Shown: positions 1 to 11,213, numbered from the stretch's first letter. The stretch is 64,000 nt of DNA from Isoptericola halotolerans (GCF_013149785.1 NZ_JABEZU010000001.1:1178001-1242000); one strand, 5' to 3'. Program-made: numbers and translations. The notes: a model not told the origin generated them from the sequence alone.

Positions 1-1
1 G

Positions 2-760
2 GCGATCCCGCTCATCGCGAGCTCGATCATGTCCAAGAAGATCGCCGAGGGCACCGGCGCGCTGGTGCTCGACGTCAAGGTCGGCTCGGGTGCCTTCATG
101 AAGGACGCCGCGCAGGCCCGCGAGCTCGCTCGCACGATGGTCGAGCTGGGCACGGACGCCGGCGTGCGCACGGTCGCGCTGCTGACGGACATGTCGGTGC
201 CGCTGGGTCGCACGGCGGGCAACGCGCTGGAGGTCCGCGAGTCCGTGGAGGTGCTGGACGGCGGCGGGCCGGCCGACGTCGTCGACCTCACGGTGGCGCT
301 GGCGGTCGAGATGCTCGACGCCGCGGGCCGGCCCACCGGCGCGGACGAGGTCCGGGCCGCACTGGGCGACGGGCGCGCGATGGACGTGTGGCGGCGGATG
401 ATCACCGCCCAGGGTGGGGACCCGGACGCCGAGCTGCCCGTCGCGCGGCACACCGAGCAGGTGCGTGCCCGCCGTGACGGGGTGCTCGGAGAGCTCGACG
501 CGTACGCCGTCGGCGTCGCCGCCTGGCGGCTCGGCGCAGGCCGCTCACGCAAGGAGGACCCCGTGCAGGCGGGCGCCGGGGTCGAGATCCACGTCCGGCC
601 CGGCGAGCAGGTCGCCGCCGGTCAGGCGGTCATGACGCTGCACACGGACACCCCGGAGCGTTTCCCGCGTGCGCTGGAGGCGCTGGACGACGCCTGGCAG
701 GTCGCGCCGGCCGGGACGGCGGTGGGACAGCGCCCCGTCGTCCTCGACCGCATCCACTGA
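2..760 (+). CDS. deoA: Thymidine/pyrimidine-nucleoside phosphorylase, 5'-truncated by window edge
   Basis: Frame open from base 2 (AIPLIASSIMSKKIAEG..LVLDVKVGSGAFMK, GNALEV, LGAGR), motifs typical of the family. Confidence 0.93.
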   Translation, partial: AIPLIASSIMSKKIAEGTGALVLDVKVGSGAFMKDAAQARELARTMVELGTDAGVRTVALLTDMSVPLGRTAGNALEVRESVEVLDGGGPADVVDLTVALAVEMLDAAGRPTGADEVRAALGDGRAMDVWRRMITAQGGDPDAELPVARHTEQVRARRDGVLGELDAYAVGVAAWRLGAGRSRKEDPVQAGAGVEIHVRPGEQVAAGQAVMTLHTDTPERFPRALEALDDAWQVAPAGTAVGQRPVVLDRIH

Positions 761-773
761 TGCGAGCAGCTCG

Positions 774-1697
774 ATGGCGACGGGGATCGGCGCGGCGCGG
801 CTGACCGACCTCCTCGGGGCCGCCGGGGTCTTCTCCGGTCAGGTCCCGCGGCAGCCGGTCGCCGCCGGACCGCCCGCGGTCCCCGCGACCGTGCTGGCCG
901 CGCTCGCGGCCGCCGGCCCGGAGGCGCGCGCGCGGGTCCTGGACCCCCTGGGGCGGGACGGCGACGTCCCGCGTCCCGGACGGCCGGCGCCGTTGCTCCT
1001 GCCCGAGCTCGTGCCCGGGCTTCCGGGCGGGCCCACGGCGGGGCGGCCCGGCTCGCCGGCACGCCAGGTCGACGCGACCACGTGCGGGGCGGCGGTGCTC
1101 GTGATGTTGCGGCTGGCGGGCGACGCCGCGTCGGCGCTGGCGCTCGCCGTCGACCCCCGGGGTGCGTGGGAGGCGTTCGCCCGGCGGCAGCGCGAGGTGC
1201 ACGCCCGTGCCCGGCGGCTCTGGCCGGGGAGACTCGGTACGCCGCCGTGGGGAGCCGCCCGGGAGGCGCGCTACGGGCCGTTGCGCGGGAAACGGCCTGG
1301 TGCGGGCCCGGTTCGCTACACGCATCGCGTCGTCCGGCGGAGCGAACCGCCCGAGGGGCCTCGCTCCGTGCTGGCCGCAGCGCTCGCGTCGGCCGGCGCG
1401 GGCATCCCCGTGCCGCTGTACACGGGCGGGGACCTGCGTGGGGGTGTGTCGACGGCGGTCCCGCGGCACGTCGTGCTGCTCACGGCCGTGCGACCCACCG
1501 ACGCCGGGCCCGTGGCGACGGTCTACGAGCCGTCCTCGGGCGCGCTGCACGCGGTGCCCGTCGACGCGCTGCGCGCCCCGGGCACCGACGACGCCGACCG
1601 GGTCGCCCGCCGTCGGGCGCTGGGGGGATGGCCTCACGTCGTGTGGGCGCTCCTGCCTCGCGAGGAGCGCGGATCGGGGACAGCATGGGGCACATGA
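774..1697 (+). CDS. Hypothetical protein, possible papain/C39-like cysteine peptidase
   Basis: QVDATTCG...PRHVVLL...VYEPSSG gives Q-x5-C, H, acidic-Pro order. ATG 774 follows the deoA stop. Start uncertain. Confidence 0.6.
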   Translation: MATGIGAARLTDLLGAAGVFSGQVPRQPVAAGPPAVPATVLAALAAAGPEARARVLDPLGRDGDVPRPGRPAPLLLPELVPGLPGGPTAGRPGSPARQVDATTCGAAVLVMLRLAGDAASALALAVDPRGAWEAFARRQREVHARARRLWPGRLGTPPWGAAREARYGPLRGKRPGAGPVRYTHRVVRRSEPPEGPRSVLAAALASAGAGIPVPLYTGGDLRGGVSTAVPRHVVLLTAVRPTDAGPVATVYEPSSGALHAVPVDALRAPGTDDADRVARRRALGGWPHVVWALLPREERGSGTAWGT

Positions 1698-1921
1698 GCA
1701 CCACACCCTCCGACGCCTGGCGTGACGCCGGGCTGGAAGCGCCCGACGACACCACGAGCCTCGTGGAGGAGGCGAGCACGTCACCCGCCGCTCCCGAGCA
1801 CGAGGCGGAGACCGACGAGTACCGTCCGGCGACGCCACGCCCCGACCTGGACGGCGAGGCGGCCGAGGCCGACGTCGCCGAGCAGGCGAGCGTCGTCCCC
1901 ACCCCGGAGGACGACCTCTGA
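1694..1921 (+). CDS. Small acidic hypothetical protein (75 aa)
   Basis: ATGA overlap with upstream stop; D/E-rich; EAAEADVAEQ motif; fills the gap before add. Confidence 0.65.
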   Translation: MSTTPSDAWRDAGLEAPDDTTSLVEEASTSPAAPEHEAETDEYRPATPRPDLDGEAAEADVAEQASVVPTPEDDL

Positions 1922-1961
1922 CCGCAGCGAGCGCCTCTGGTGAACCGGTAGGTTGGGGCCC

Positions 1962-3056
1962 ATGACGCAAGCCCTCCTCGACGCGATCCCCGACCTGCCG
2001 AAGGTCCTGCTCCACGACCATCTCGACGGGGGGTTGCGGCCGCAGACGGTCCTCGAGCTGGCCGCCGAGGTCGGGCACGAGCTGCCGGCCGGCGACGCCG
2101 GCTCGTTGGGGACCTGGTTCCGCGACGCGGCCGACTCGGGATCGCTGCCGCGCTACCTGGAGACCTTCGACCACACGATCGCGGTCATGCAGACGCCGGA
2201 GGCGCTCGCCCGCGTCGCCAAGGAGGCCGTGCTGGACCTGGCGGCCGACGGGGTCGTGTACGCCGAGCAGCGCTGGGCCCCCGAGCAGCACCTGCGGGGC
2301 GGGATGTCCCTCCCCGAGACCGTCGAGGCCGTCCAGGCAGGGATCGACGACGGCGTGCGCGAGGCGGCCGCGGCGGGCCGCACGATCCGGGTCGGTCAGC
2401 TCGTCACCGCCATGCGGCACACCGACCGGTGGATGGAGATCGCCGAGCTCGCCGTGGCCTACCGTGGCGCGGGGGCGGTCGGCTTCGACATCGCCGGGCC
2501 CGAGGACGGCTTCCCGCCGGACCGGCACGCTCAGGTCTGGCGCTTCCTGGCCGACCAGCACTTCCCGACGACGATCCACGCGGGGGAGGCCGCCGGGCTC
2601 GACTCGATCGCCCAGGCCGTGCACCTCGGGCAGGCCGACCGCATCGGGCACGGCGTGCGGATCGCCGACGACATCTCCTTCGACGCCGCGTCGGGGACCG
2701 CACGGCTCGGGGAGCTGGCGCACTGGGTCCGTGACCACCAGATCGCGCTCGAGGTGTGCCCGGTGTCGAACCTGCAGACCGGTGCCGCGACCTCGATCGC
2801 CGAGCACCCCGTCACCCGTCTCAAGGAGCTGGACTTCGCGGTCACGCTCAACACCGACAACCGGCTCATGTCGCGCACGTCGATGTCGCACGAGATGCGG
2901 ATGCTGGTGACCGAGGCCGGCTGGACGATCGACGACCTGGCGGACGTGACGTTGACGGCCGCGTGGAGCGCCTTCCTGCACCACGACGAGCGCCGCGACC
3001 TCGTCGACGAGCTGATCCTGCCCGGCTACCAGAAGATCGAGGGGGCTGTTCGATGA
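1962..3056 (+). CDS. add: Adenosine deaminase
   Basis: [28 protein letters not shown] motifs. Confidence 0.95.
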   Translation: MTQALLDAIPDLPKVLLHDHLDGGLRPQTVLELAAEVGHELPAGDAGSLGTWFRDAADSGSLPRYLETFDHTIAVMQTPEALARVAKEAVLDLAADGVVYAEQRWAPEQHLRGGMSLPETVEAVQAGIDDGVREAAAAGRTIRVGQLVTAMRHTDRWMEIAELAVAYRGAGAVGFDIAGPEDGFPPDRHAQVWRFLADQHFPTTIHAGEAAGLDSIAQAVHLGQADRIGHGVRIADDISFDAASGTARLGELAHWVRDHQIALEVCPVSNLQTGAATSIAEHPVTRLKELDFAVTLNTDNRLMSRTSMSHEMRMLVTEAGWTIDDLADVTLTAAWSAFLHHDERRDLVDELILPGYQKIEGAVR

Positions 3057-3814
3057 ACGCAAGGACGAACGCCGGGCCGGACGCCGAGAACCCGGTGCCG
3101 ACGACGAGGGCCGAGCTGGCCCGGTACGTCGACCACACGCTGCTCAAGCCGGAGACGACGTCCGCCGACGTCACCGCCCTCGTCGAGGAGGGGGCCGAGC
3201 TCGGGGTGTTCTCCGTCTGCGTCTCGCCCACCTTCGTGACGCACGCCGCCGAGGTGGCTGCCGGCCGGCTCGCCGTCGCGACCGTCTGCGGGTTCCCCTC
3301 CGGCAAGCACGCGAGCGACATCAAGGCCGCCGAGGCGGCTCGCGCCGTGCTCGACGGCGCGGACGAGGTCGACATGGTCATCGACGTCGGCGTGGCCACG
3401 GCGGGAGGCTACGACCTGGTCCAGGCGGACATCGCGGCCGTGCGCGCCGCGGTCCCGGGGGACAGGGTCCTCAAGGTGATCATCGAGGCCGCCGCGCTGG
3501 ACGACGAGGAGATCGTCGCGGTCTGCCGCGCCGCGGAGGTCGCCGGGGCGGACTTCGTCAAGACCTCGACCGGGTTCCACCCGGCGGGCGGCGCCACGGT
3601 GCACGCCGTCGAGGTGATGGCCAGGACCGTGGGCGGCCGACTCGGGATCAAGGCGTCCGGAGGGGTCCGGACGCTCCAGAGCGCCCAGGAGATGATCGCC
3701 GCGGGCGCCACCCGCCTCGGGCTGTCGGGAACGGCCGCGGTCCTCGCCGGCTTCGACGGCCCGGCCGGCGCCTCCGGGACCGGAGCGGCGCCGACGGACG
3801 GCGGCGGCTACTGA
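3053..3814 (+). CDS. deoC: Deoxyribose-phosphate aldolase
   Basis: [36 protein letters not shown] overlap with add. Confidence 0.95.
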   Translation: MNARTNAGPDAENPVPTTRAELARYVDHTLLKPETTSADVTALVEEGAELGVFSVCVSPTFVTHAAEVAAGRLAVATVCGFPSGKHASDIKAAEAARAVLDGADEVDMVIDVGVATAGGYDLVQADIAAVRAAVPGDRVLKVIIEAAALDDEEIVAVCRAAEVAGADFVKTSTGFHPAGGATVHAVEVMARTVGGRLGIKASGGVRTLQSAQEMIAAGATRLGLSGTAAVLAGFDGPAGASGTGAAPTDGGGY

Positions 3815-3833
3815 CGCTGCTAGCGTCGGTTCC

Positions 3834-4496
3834 ATGACCAGCGCGGACACCGGTGATCCTGTCGTCGAGGTGCGTGAGGCCACGCGGACGCACGGCAGCG
3901 TCGAGATCCTCGGTCCCACGTCCCTGACGCTGCACGCGGGCGAGGCGGCCGCCGTCGTCGGCGCGAACGGCAGCGGCAAGTCGACGCTCCTGCGGCTGGT
4001 CGCCGGGACGGACGAGCCCACGTCGGGGACCGTGCGCACGCTCGGGCTGCCGGCCGCGCGCGCCCGCCTGCGCCGGCGCGAGGGCGTCACGCTCCTGCTG
4101 GGCGGGCTGCCGACCTACCGCGACCTGACGGTGGCCGAGCACCTGCAGCTCATCAGCTCGGCATGGGCCGGGCGCCACCGCACGGCGAGCGTCGCCGAGA
4201 CGCTGGCCGAGGCCGAGCTGGGCCGCGTGCGTGACCAGTTCCCCTCCGAGCTGTCATCGGGGGAAGGGCAGCTGTTCGCCCTGGCGGCCACCCTGTACAG
4301 ACCGGCGTCCCTGGTGCTCCTCGACGAGCCGGAGCAACGGCTGGACGCCCGGTGGCGCGCGGTCGCCCGGCGGCTCGTCGCCCGGGCGCTCGACGACGGA
4401 CGCACCGTCCTGGTGGCCACGCACGACAGCGGGCTGCGGGACGACGTCGCGGCCCGCGGTCAGGTGGTGGAGCTGACCGCGCCCGGGCCCCGATGA
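3834..4496 (+). CDS. ABC transporter ATP-binding protein
   Basis: Walker A GANGSGKS, signature LSSGE, Walker B LLDEP, H-switch ATHD. Confidence 0.9.
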   Translation: MTSADTGDPVVEVREATRTHGSVEILGPTSLTLHAGEAAAVVGANGSGKSTLLRLVAGTDEPTSGTVRTLGLPAARARLRRREGVTLLLGGLPTYRDLTVAEHLQLISSAWAGRHRTASVAETLAEAELGRVRDQFPSELSSGEGQLFALAATLYRPASLVLLDEPEQRLDARWRAVARRLVARALDDGRTVLVATHDSGLRDDVAARGQVVELTAPGPR

Positions 4497-6202
4497 GCGG
4501 CCCGGGCGGCGCCGCGACCGCGGCCGACGAACCTGGCGAGGCGGCGATGCGCGTGCCGTACGCGCCGTGGCGTCGATGGGTGGCGCGGGTGCGTCGCCGG
4601 TCGGCGCTCGCCCGTGCCGTGGCCGCCGGGGCGGACCCGGGCGACCGGGTGTACCTGGTGTACGGCGTCTTCCTCCTCGCCCTGGTCTACGGCCCCGTCC
4701 TGTGGTCGGCACTGGCCCAGACCGGGCTGCCGCTGGGAGACCGCGGCGCGGAGGCGTTGGCGGGACGGTGGAGCTCGAGCGCGTTCGACGGCCTGGTGGT
4801 CGTGGGCCTGTGCCTCGGTGGCCTGGTGGCGCTGCTGGCGATCACCGCCGCGCGTGCCGGGGGGCCGCTGTGGACCAGCCCGCCGGAGGCGAGGTTCGTC
4901 CTCGCCGGCCAGTTCCGACCTGCCGAGGTGCTGCGGCGCCGGGTCGTGGTGCTCGCCGTGGGCGCGGCGGTCGCGGCCGCCTTCGGTGCCTCGGCGCTGG
5001 CGGCCGGAGCGCTCGGCGTGGTCCGGGGGGCGACACCGAACGACGGCGCGACGGCCGCCGACGTCGCCGGCTGGGTCGTCGTCGCCGCGCTCGCGGTCCA
5101 GCTGCCGGTGATGCTCGGCGTCGCGGCGCAGACCCCGCGGTGGCGCACCCGAGCCCTGCGCGCCACCGGCGTGCTCGTCGGTCTGGGCGTGCTGGCCCCT
5201 GTGCTCGAGGTCGTCGCGCCGCAGGTGCGTGGCGTCGCCGGTCCGGTGTGCGGGGAGCCCGCGACGGGAGGCGTGGCCTGCTCCTTGGCGACCGCGCCCG
5301 GGTGGGGGCTGGTGGCGGTCGCCGGTGCGGCAGCGGTGGTGAGCCTGTGGTCGACGATGCGGTCGCTGCCCGGCGAGATCGACGTCGACGCGACGGCGTC
5401 GGCGCAGCGCACCACGGTCGCGACCACCCAGGCGCTGGCCGGAGGGGAGGCCGGCGGGGTGGCCGACCTGCTGGGCCCGGCCCGGCTGCGAGGTCGCCAC
5501 CGCACGCTCTGGGCGCCGTTGCTCCGACACGCTCCCGTGGTCGCCCGAGACCTGGTCGGCGTGCGGCGCCGCCCCGGACCGGTGCTCGGTTCGGTGCTGG
5601 CCGGCACCGGCGGCGCCCTGCTGCTCGTGCTGGGCAGCCCGTCGACCGGCCGTCCTGGGTCCGTCACCGCCGTGGTGCTGGGTGCCCTCGTGCTGTACGC
5701 GGCGTCCGCCGCCTGGACGGGCGGCCTGCGGGAGACGGCGTCCCAGCCCCGGCCGGGCGGGCTGCTTCCCGGCAGCGTCGGTCGGCTCCTGGCAGGTCAC
5801 CTCGTGGTCCCGGCGCTGCTCGGTGCGGCGTCGGCGGGCGCCGGCCTCGGTCTGGCTGTGCTGGGCGGCCTCGCGGGCCTGCCCCACGACGGCACGCGGG
5901 CCGTCGTGGTGGTGGCCTCCGCGGGGGTGCTCGCCCTCGCGGTGAGGGGCTGGGTCGCGGGGGCCACGACGGTCCCCGCCGAGCTGTTCACCCCGGTCAG
6001 TGCGCCCGGCGGCGGTGACGCCTCGACCATGCTGGTCGCGGCGTGGTTGGTCCGCGGCTGGCTGACGGTGACCGCCCTGGCCTGGATGCTGCACGGCGCC
6101 GCGGGATCGGGGACGGTGCTGATGCTCTGCGCCGCGGGGTTCGTGCTGCTGGTCGCCGTCCTCCTCGTGCGGTCCACGGTGAGCAGGCTCGGACGAACCT
6201 GA
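4493..6202 (+). CDS. Polytopic membrane protein, probable ABC permease (DUF6297-like)
   Basis: Many hydrophobic segments; ATGA overlap with the ATPase. Confidence 0.7.
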   Translation: MSGPGGAATAADEPGEAAMRVPYAPWRRWVARVRRRSALARAVAAGADPGDRVYLVYGVFLLALVYGPVLWSALAQTGLPLGDRGAEALAGRWSSSAFDGLVVVGLCLGGLVALLAITAARAGGPLWTSPPEARFVLAGQFRPAEVLRRRVVVLAVGAAVAAAFGASALAAGALGVVRGATPNDGATAADVAGWVVVAALAVQLPVMLGVAAQTPRWRTRALRATGVLVGLGVLAPVLEVVAPQVRGVAGPVCGEPATGGVACSLATAPGWGLVAVAGAAAVVSLWSTMRSLPGEIDVDATASAQRTTVATTQALAGGEAGGVADLLGPARLRGRHRTLWAPLLRHAPVVARDLVGVRRRPGPVLGSVLAGTGGALLLVLGSPSTGRPGSVTAVVLGALVLYAASAAWTGGLRETASQPRPGGLLPGSVGRLLAGHLVVPALLGAASAGAGLGLAVLGGLAGLPHDGTRAVVVVASAGVLALAVRGWVAGATTVPAELFTPVSAPGGGDASTMLVAAWLVRGWLTVTALAWMLHGAAGSGTVLMLCAAGFVLLVAVLLVRSTVSRLGRT

Positions 6203-6209
6203 CCGCAGG

Positions 6210-6228
6210 GCAGGTTAGGCTCACCTAC
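6210..6228 (+). promoter_or_regulatory. IdeR/DtxR iron box
   Basis: GCAGGTTAGGCTCACCTAC matches 15/19 of consensus TTAGGTTAGGCTAACCTAA, directly before a siderophore-interacting protein gene. Confidence 0.85.
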
Positions 6229-6229
6229 A

Positions 6230-7033
6230 ATGACTGACACGACATCGCGCCGGGGCGGTCCACCCGGCGGCAAGCGCACTCAGCACCACGCCACCGTCTC
6301 CGCCGTCCGCCGGCTCACGCCCCACATGGTGCGCCTGACCCTCGCCGGCGACGCCCTGGACGCGATCCCTCGTCCCGCGGTGACGGACCTGTACATCAAG
6401 CTGGTGGTGGGCGAGCCCGCCACACCGGAGGGCAAGCCGCTGGTCCGCACCTACACGGTGCGCGCCGTCCGTGACGGCGAGTGGGACGTGGACTTCGTGG
6501 TGCACGGGGACGAGGGCATCGCCGGGCCGTGGGCCGGGCGCGCCCAGCCCGGTGAGAAGGTCACCTTCCTCGGGCCCGGCGGCTCCTACGCGCCGGACCT
6601 GTCGGCACCGTGGCACCTGTTCGTGGGCGACGACTCGGCGCTGCCGGCCATCGCGGCCTCGGTCGAGTCGCTGCCCGCCGGGACCACGGCGCACGCCTTC
6701 GTCGAGGTTCCCGGGCCGGCGGACGAGCAGGAGATCGTCACCGCCGCCGACCTGTCGATCACCTGGGTCCACCGGGAGGTGGCCGACCTGACGGAGACCG
6801 TCCGCGACGCCCGCACGGCCGGCAGGCTGCCCGACGGTGCCCCGCACGCGTTCCTGCACGGCGAGGCGTCCTGCGTGCGTGAGCTGCGGCGCTGGGTCCG
6901 GGCCGAGCTGGGCGTGGGCAAGGAACGTCTCTCGGCCTCCGGCTACTGGCGTCGTGGGCACGACGACGAGGCGTGGCGGGCCGCCAAGGCGGACTGGAAC
7001 GCCGCCGTCGAGCAGGACGACGCCGCCCTCTGA
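6230..7033 (+). CDS. Siderophore-interacting protein (ViuB/FAD-binding)
   Basis: TPHMVR, RTYTVR, VDFVVHG, GPGG, GDDSALPAI, SGYWRRG. Confidence 0.92.
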   Translation: MTDTTSRRGGPPGGKRTQHHATVSAVRRLTPHMVRLTLAGDALDAIPRPAVTDLYIKLVVGEPATPEGKPLVRTYTVRAVRDGEWDVDFVVHGDEGIAGPWAGRAQPGEKVTFLGPGGSYAPDLSAPWHLFVGDDSALPAIAASVESLPAGTTAHAFVEVPGPADEQEIVTAADLSITWVHREVADLTETVRDARTAGRLPDGAPHAFLHGEASCVRELRRWVRAELGVGKERLSASGYWRRGHDDEAWRAAKADWNAAVEQDDAAL

Positions 7034-7034
7034 C

Positions 7035-8825
7035 TCAGGAGAGGCCGAGGGCGGACGCCAGCTCGGCCTTGAGCGCGTCGAGGCGCTCGTGAGCAGCGAC
7101 GCGCGCCTTGCCCACGTCGACGGGGGCCGCGTCGGGGGCGACCTCACCGATCACCTCGAGGTAGCACTTGACCTTGGGCTCGGTGCCGGACGGCCGCACG
7201 ATGACGCGGGTCCCGTCCTCGGCGAGCAGCAGGATCCCGTCCGTCGGCGGCAGCCCGTCGTACCCGTCGGACAGGTCGGCGACCGTCCGGACCGGTGATC
7301 CGTCCAGCGACGACGGCGGCGCCGCACGCAGCCGGGACATCGTCTCCGGGATCTGCGCCAGGTCCTCGAACCGGGCCGAGAGCTGGTCGGTGACGTACAG
7401 GCCGTGAGCGCGCGCGACGTCGTCGAGGGCGTCGATCAGCGTCCGACCCTCGGCCTTGAGGCGAGCTGCCAGGGACGCGACGACGACGGCGGCGCTGATG
7501 CCGTCCTTGTCCCGCACGTGCGCCGGGTCCACGCAGTAGCCGAGGGCCTCCTCGTAGCCGAAGACCAGACCCGGAGTGCGTGAGATCCACTTGAACCCCG
7601 TCAACGTCGTGGTGTGGGCCACGCCGGCGTCCTGCGCGATCCGCCCCAGCACCCGTGACGAGACGACCGAGGAGGCCACCGTGACGCCGTCGGGCCCGGG
7701 CGTGCTGCTCGCGGCCCGGCGCACGGCCTCGGCCCCGAGGAGCGCCCCCACCTCGTCGCCGTGCAGCATCCGCCACCCGCTGGACCGTGCGGTCTCGACA
7801 CCGAGGTGCGTCCCCTGGGTGACGTCGAGGACCGCGACGGCGCAGCGGTCGGCATCCGGGTCGTTGGCGATCACCAGGTCGGCGCCGGTGTCCACGGCGA
7901 GGCCGAGCGCCATGTCCAGCGCGCCGGGCTCCTCCGGGTTCGGGAACGAGACCGACGGGAAGTCCGGGTTCGGGTAGGACTGCTCCTCGACCGGGACGAC
8001 CTGGGAGAAGCCCGCGTCGGCCAGGGCGCGGGCGAGGGTCCGGCCGCCGACGCCGTGCAGGGACGTCGTGACGACCCGCAGCCGGTCCGCCACGTCGGGT
8101 TCCACCGCCGCCATCCCGTGCACCGATGCCAGGTAGGTGTCGACCACGTCCCGGCCGAGCACGCCCCAGCCCTCCGTGGCACGCGGCACCTCGTCGGCAG
8201 GCCCGGCTGCCGCGATCCGCTCCGCGATGAGGGCGTCGTGCGGCGGCACGATCTGCGCCCCCTGCCCGGAGTCCGCGACGACCCGCCCGCCGAGGTAGAC
8301 CTTGTAGCCGTTGTCCGCCGCCGGGTTGTGGCTCGCCGTGACCATCACGCCGGCATCGGCGGACAGGTGCCGCACGGCGAAGGCGAGCACCGGCGTCGGC
8401 AGCGGCCCCGGCAGCAACGTCACCTCGGCGCCCGCCGCGACCAGCACGCCCGCGGTGTCGCGCGCGAAGTCGGACGACCGGTACCGGGCGTCGTAGCCGA
8501 CGACGACGCGTGGCGGAGCGCCGTCGGGCCCGGTGCCGAGCACGTCGTTCAGGTAGGCGGCCAGGCCTGCGGCCGCACCGATGACGACCGCCCGGTTCAT
8601 GCGGTTCGGGCCTGACGCCATCGCACCGCGCAGACCGGCGGTGCCGAACTGCAGCGTCCCCGCGAAGCGGTCACGCAGCTCGGCGAGCGCGCTCGGGAAG
8701 CGAGCCCCGTCCGCCGTGGTCGCGAAGTCGACCAGGCGCGTGAGCTCGTCGACGTCGGTGTCGTCCACGTCGTGGCGCATCCACGCCTCGACCCGGTCCA
8801 GCAGGCTGTCCAGCGGTTCGATCAT
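7035..8825 (-). CDS. Phospho-sugar mutase (PGM/PMM family)
   Basis: FGTAGLRG, TASHNP, DPDADR, GYEE, RPSGTEPK. Confidence 0.93.
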   Translation of the reverse strand: MIEPLDSLLDRVEAWMRHDVDDTDVDELTRLVDFATTADGARFPSALAELRDRFAGTLQFGTAGLRGAMASGPNRMNRAVVIGAAAGLAAYLNDVLGTGPDGAPPRVVVGYDARYRSSDFARDTAGVLVAAGAEVTLLPGPLPTPVLAFAVRHLSADAGVMVTASHNPAADNGYKVYLGGRVVADSGQGAQIVPPHDALIAERIAAAGPADEVPRATEGWGVLGRDVVDTYLASVHGMAAVEPDVADRLRVVTTSLHGVGGRTLARALADAGFSQVVPVEEQSYPNPDFPSVSFPNPEEPGALDMALGLAVDTGADLVIANDPDADRCAVAVLDVTQGTHLGVETARSSGWRMLHGDEVGALLGAEAVRRAASSTPGPDGVTVASSVVSSRVLGRIAQDAGVAHTTTLTGFKWISRTPGLVFGYEEALGYCVDPAHVRDKDGISAAVVVASLAARLKAEGRTLIDALDDVARAHGLYVTDQLSARFEDLAQIPETMSRLRAAPPSSLDGSPVRTVADLSDGYDGLPPTDGILLLAEDGTRVIVRPSGTEPKVKCYLEVIGEVAPDAAPVDVGKARVAAHERLDALKAELASALGLS

Positions 8826-8835
8826 CCCGCCCTCC

Positions 8836-9687
8836 TCAGAGCGCCTTGACGATGTTCGCGAGCAGGTCGCTGATCCGCGGGCCGGCGGCCTGACCCGCCT
8901 CGAGGACCTCCTCGTGCGACAAGGGCTGCGGCGAGATCCCGGCCGCCAGGTTGGTCACCAGGGACACGCCGAGCACCTCCATGCCGGCGTGCCGCGCGGC
9001 GATCGCCTCCAGCGTGGTCGACATGCCGACCAGGTCCGCCCCCAGGATCCCGGCCATCTTCACTTCGGCGGGCGTCTCGTAGTGGGGGCCGGGGAACTGG
9101 GCGTACACGCCCTCCGGCAGCTCGGGATCGACCGACCGGGCCAGCTCGCGCAGACGAGGCGAGTACAGGTCCGTGAGGTCCACGAACGTCGCGCCCTCGA
9201 GCGGCGAGGTCGCGGTGAGGTTGAGGTGGTCGCGCAGCAGCACCGGCTGGCCCGGACGCCACGCCATGTGCAGTCCGCCGCAGCCGTTGGTCAGCACCAC
9301 CGACTCGCAGCCCGTCGCCGCCGCCGTGCGCACCCCGTGCACCACCCGCCGCACCCCGCGGCCCTCGTACAGGTGCGTGCGGCCCCCGATGACGAGCGCA
9401 TGGCGGGTCGAGCCGTCGGGACGCTCGACCCGGATCGAACGGGTCGTCGACGCGTGCCCCACCACGGACGCCTTCGCGAACCCGGGGATCTCGTGCGTGG
9501 GGAGCTCGGCGACGACGTCGCCGACGAGCTCGGCCGCTCCGCCCCAGCCGGAACCGAGGACGAGGGCGACGTCGTGCCCCGGCACACCCGTCACCTCGGC
9601 GATGTGGGCGGCGGCTGCGCGCGCGACGTCGAAGGGATCGGTCCTCGGGTCGTCGAGGTCCGGCGTCGTGGCAGGTGTGGTGCTCAT
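8836..9687 (-). CDS. punA: Purine-nucleoside phosphorylase
   Basis: [39 protein letters not shown]. Confidence 0.95.
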   Translation of the reverse strand: MSTTPATTPDLDDPRTDPFDVARAAAAHIAEVTGVPGHDVALVLGSGWGGAAELVGDVVAELPTHEIPGFAKASVVGHASTTRSIRVERPDGSTRHALVIGGRTHLYEGRGVRRVVHGVRTAAATGCESVVLTNGCGGLHMAWRPGQPVLLRDHLNLTATSPLEGATFVDLTDLYSPRLRELARSVDPELPEGVYAQFPGPHYETPAEVKMAGILGADLVGMSTTLEAIAARHAGMEVLGVSLVTNLAAGISPQPLSHEEVLEAGQAAGPRISDLLANIVKAL

Positions 9688-9742
9688 GGACCCGAGCGTA
9701 TCTCTGCCCGCGGGACCCTGCCGCGCCTGCCACAATGGCACC

Positions 9743-11194
9743 GTGCCTGCCGAGAAGACCACCCCTGCCGGACCCAACCGCTCCGTCGTCGTCGTCGGCG
9801 GCGGCCCAGGAGGCTACGAGGCCGCCCTCGTCGCCCGCCGCACGGGCGCCGACGTCACCGTCGTCGAACGCTCGGGTCTGGGCGGCGCGACCGTCCTGAC
9901 CGACGTCGTCCCCTCCAAGACCCTCATCGCCACGGCCGAGTGGTTCACCATGGCCGAGTCCGCACCCGAGCTGGGCATCCGCACCGCCAGCTCCGTCACG
10001 CCCGGCGACGACCCCGACGACCGGCGGTCGCTGGTCGACCTGCAGGCCGTCAACAAGCGGGTGCTCGCGCTCGCGGCGGCGCAGTCGAGCGACATCCGCG
10101 CCCGCATGGACCGTGAGGGCGTCAGGATCGTCGACGGCAGCGGCCGTCTGGACGGACCCAGCCGCGTCGTCGTCTCCCCGTCCGACGGCGGCGCGGAGAT
10201 CACGCTCGACGCCGACATCGTGCTCCTCGCCACCGGCGCGACGCCGCGTACGCTGCCCACGGCGGAGCCGGACGGCGAGCGCATCCTCACCTGGACCCAG
10301 CTGTACAACCTGGCCACCCTGCCCGAGAAGCTGATCGTGGTCGGCTCCGGCGTCACCGGGGCGGAGTTCGCGGGCGCCTACCTCGCCCTCGGGTCCGAGG
10401 TGGTGCTCGTCTCCTCGCGCGACCGGGTGCTCCCCGGCGAGGACGAGGACGCCGCCGAGCTGCTCGAGGGCGTCTTCCGCCACCGCGGCATGACCGTCAT
10501 GTCCCGGTCGCGCGCCGCCGCGGCCGCGCGCACCGAGGACGGGGTCGCGGTCACCCTGGAGGACGGCCGGGTCGTCGAGGGGTCCCACGTGCTCATCGCC
10601 GTCGGCGGGGTCCCCAACACCGCCGGGCTGGGCCTGGAGGAGGCGGGCGTCCGCGTCAGCCGGTCCGGGCACATCGAGGTGGACCGCGTCTCACGCACCT
10701 CCGTGCGGGGCATCTACGCGGCCGGCGACTGCACCGGGGTGCTGCCGCTCGCCTCCGTCGCCGCGATGCAGGGACGGGTCGCGATGGCGCACGCCCTCGG
10801 CGACGCGGTCACCCCGCTGCACCTGGGCAACGTCGCGGCGAACATCTTCACCGCGCCGGAGATCTCCACGGTCGGGTACTCCGAGGAGGCGCTCCGCTCC
10901 CAGGGTTCGCGGTACATCACCACCACGCTGCCGCTGGCCCGCAACCCGCGCGCGAAGATGCACGGCGTGCACGACGGCTTCGTCAAGCTCTTCGCCCACC
11001 CCGAGGCGGGGGTCGTCCTCGGCGGCGTCGTCGTCGGCCCGCGGGCCAGCGAGCTGATCTTCCCGGTCGCGCTGGCGGTCTGCCACCGGCTGACGGTGGA
11101 CGACGTCGCCGAGACGTTCACGATCTACCCGTCCCTGTCGGGGACGATCGGCGAGGCGGCGCGCATGCTGCACGGGCAGCTCACGCCGCGCTGA
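9743..11194 (+). CDS. NAD(P)H-quinone dehydrogenase (LpdA-like flavoprotein)
   Basis: [17 protein letters not shown] (no redox Cys pair), [20 protein letters not shown]. Confidence 0.88.
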   Translation: MPAEKTTPAGPNRSVVVVGGGPGGYEAALVARRTGADVTVVERSGLGGATVLTDVVPSKTLIATAEWFTMAESAPELGIRTASSVTPGDDPDDRRSLVDLQAVNKRVLALAAAQSSDIRARMDREGVRIVDGSGRLDGPSRVVVSPSDGGAEITLDADIVLLATGATPRTLPTAEPDGERILTWTQLYNLATLPEKLIVVGSGVTGAEFAGAYLALGSEVVLVSSRDRVLPGEDEDAAELLEGVFRHRGMTVMSRSRAAAAARTEDGVAVTLEDGRVVEGSHVLIAVGGVPNTAGLGLEEAGVRVSRSGHIEVDRVSRTSVRGIYAAGDCTGVLPLASVAAMQGRVAMAHALGDAVTPLHLGNVAANIFTAPEISTVGYSEEALRSQGSRYITTTLPLARNPRAKMHGVHDGFVKLFAHPEAGVVLGGVVVGPRASELIFPVALAVCHRLTVDDVAETFTIYPSLSGTIGEAARMLHGQLTPR

Positions 11195-11213
11195 CGCCGG
11201 GCGGGGCCGCGGC

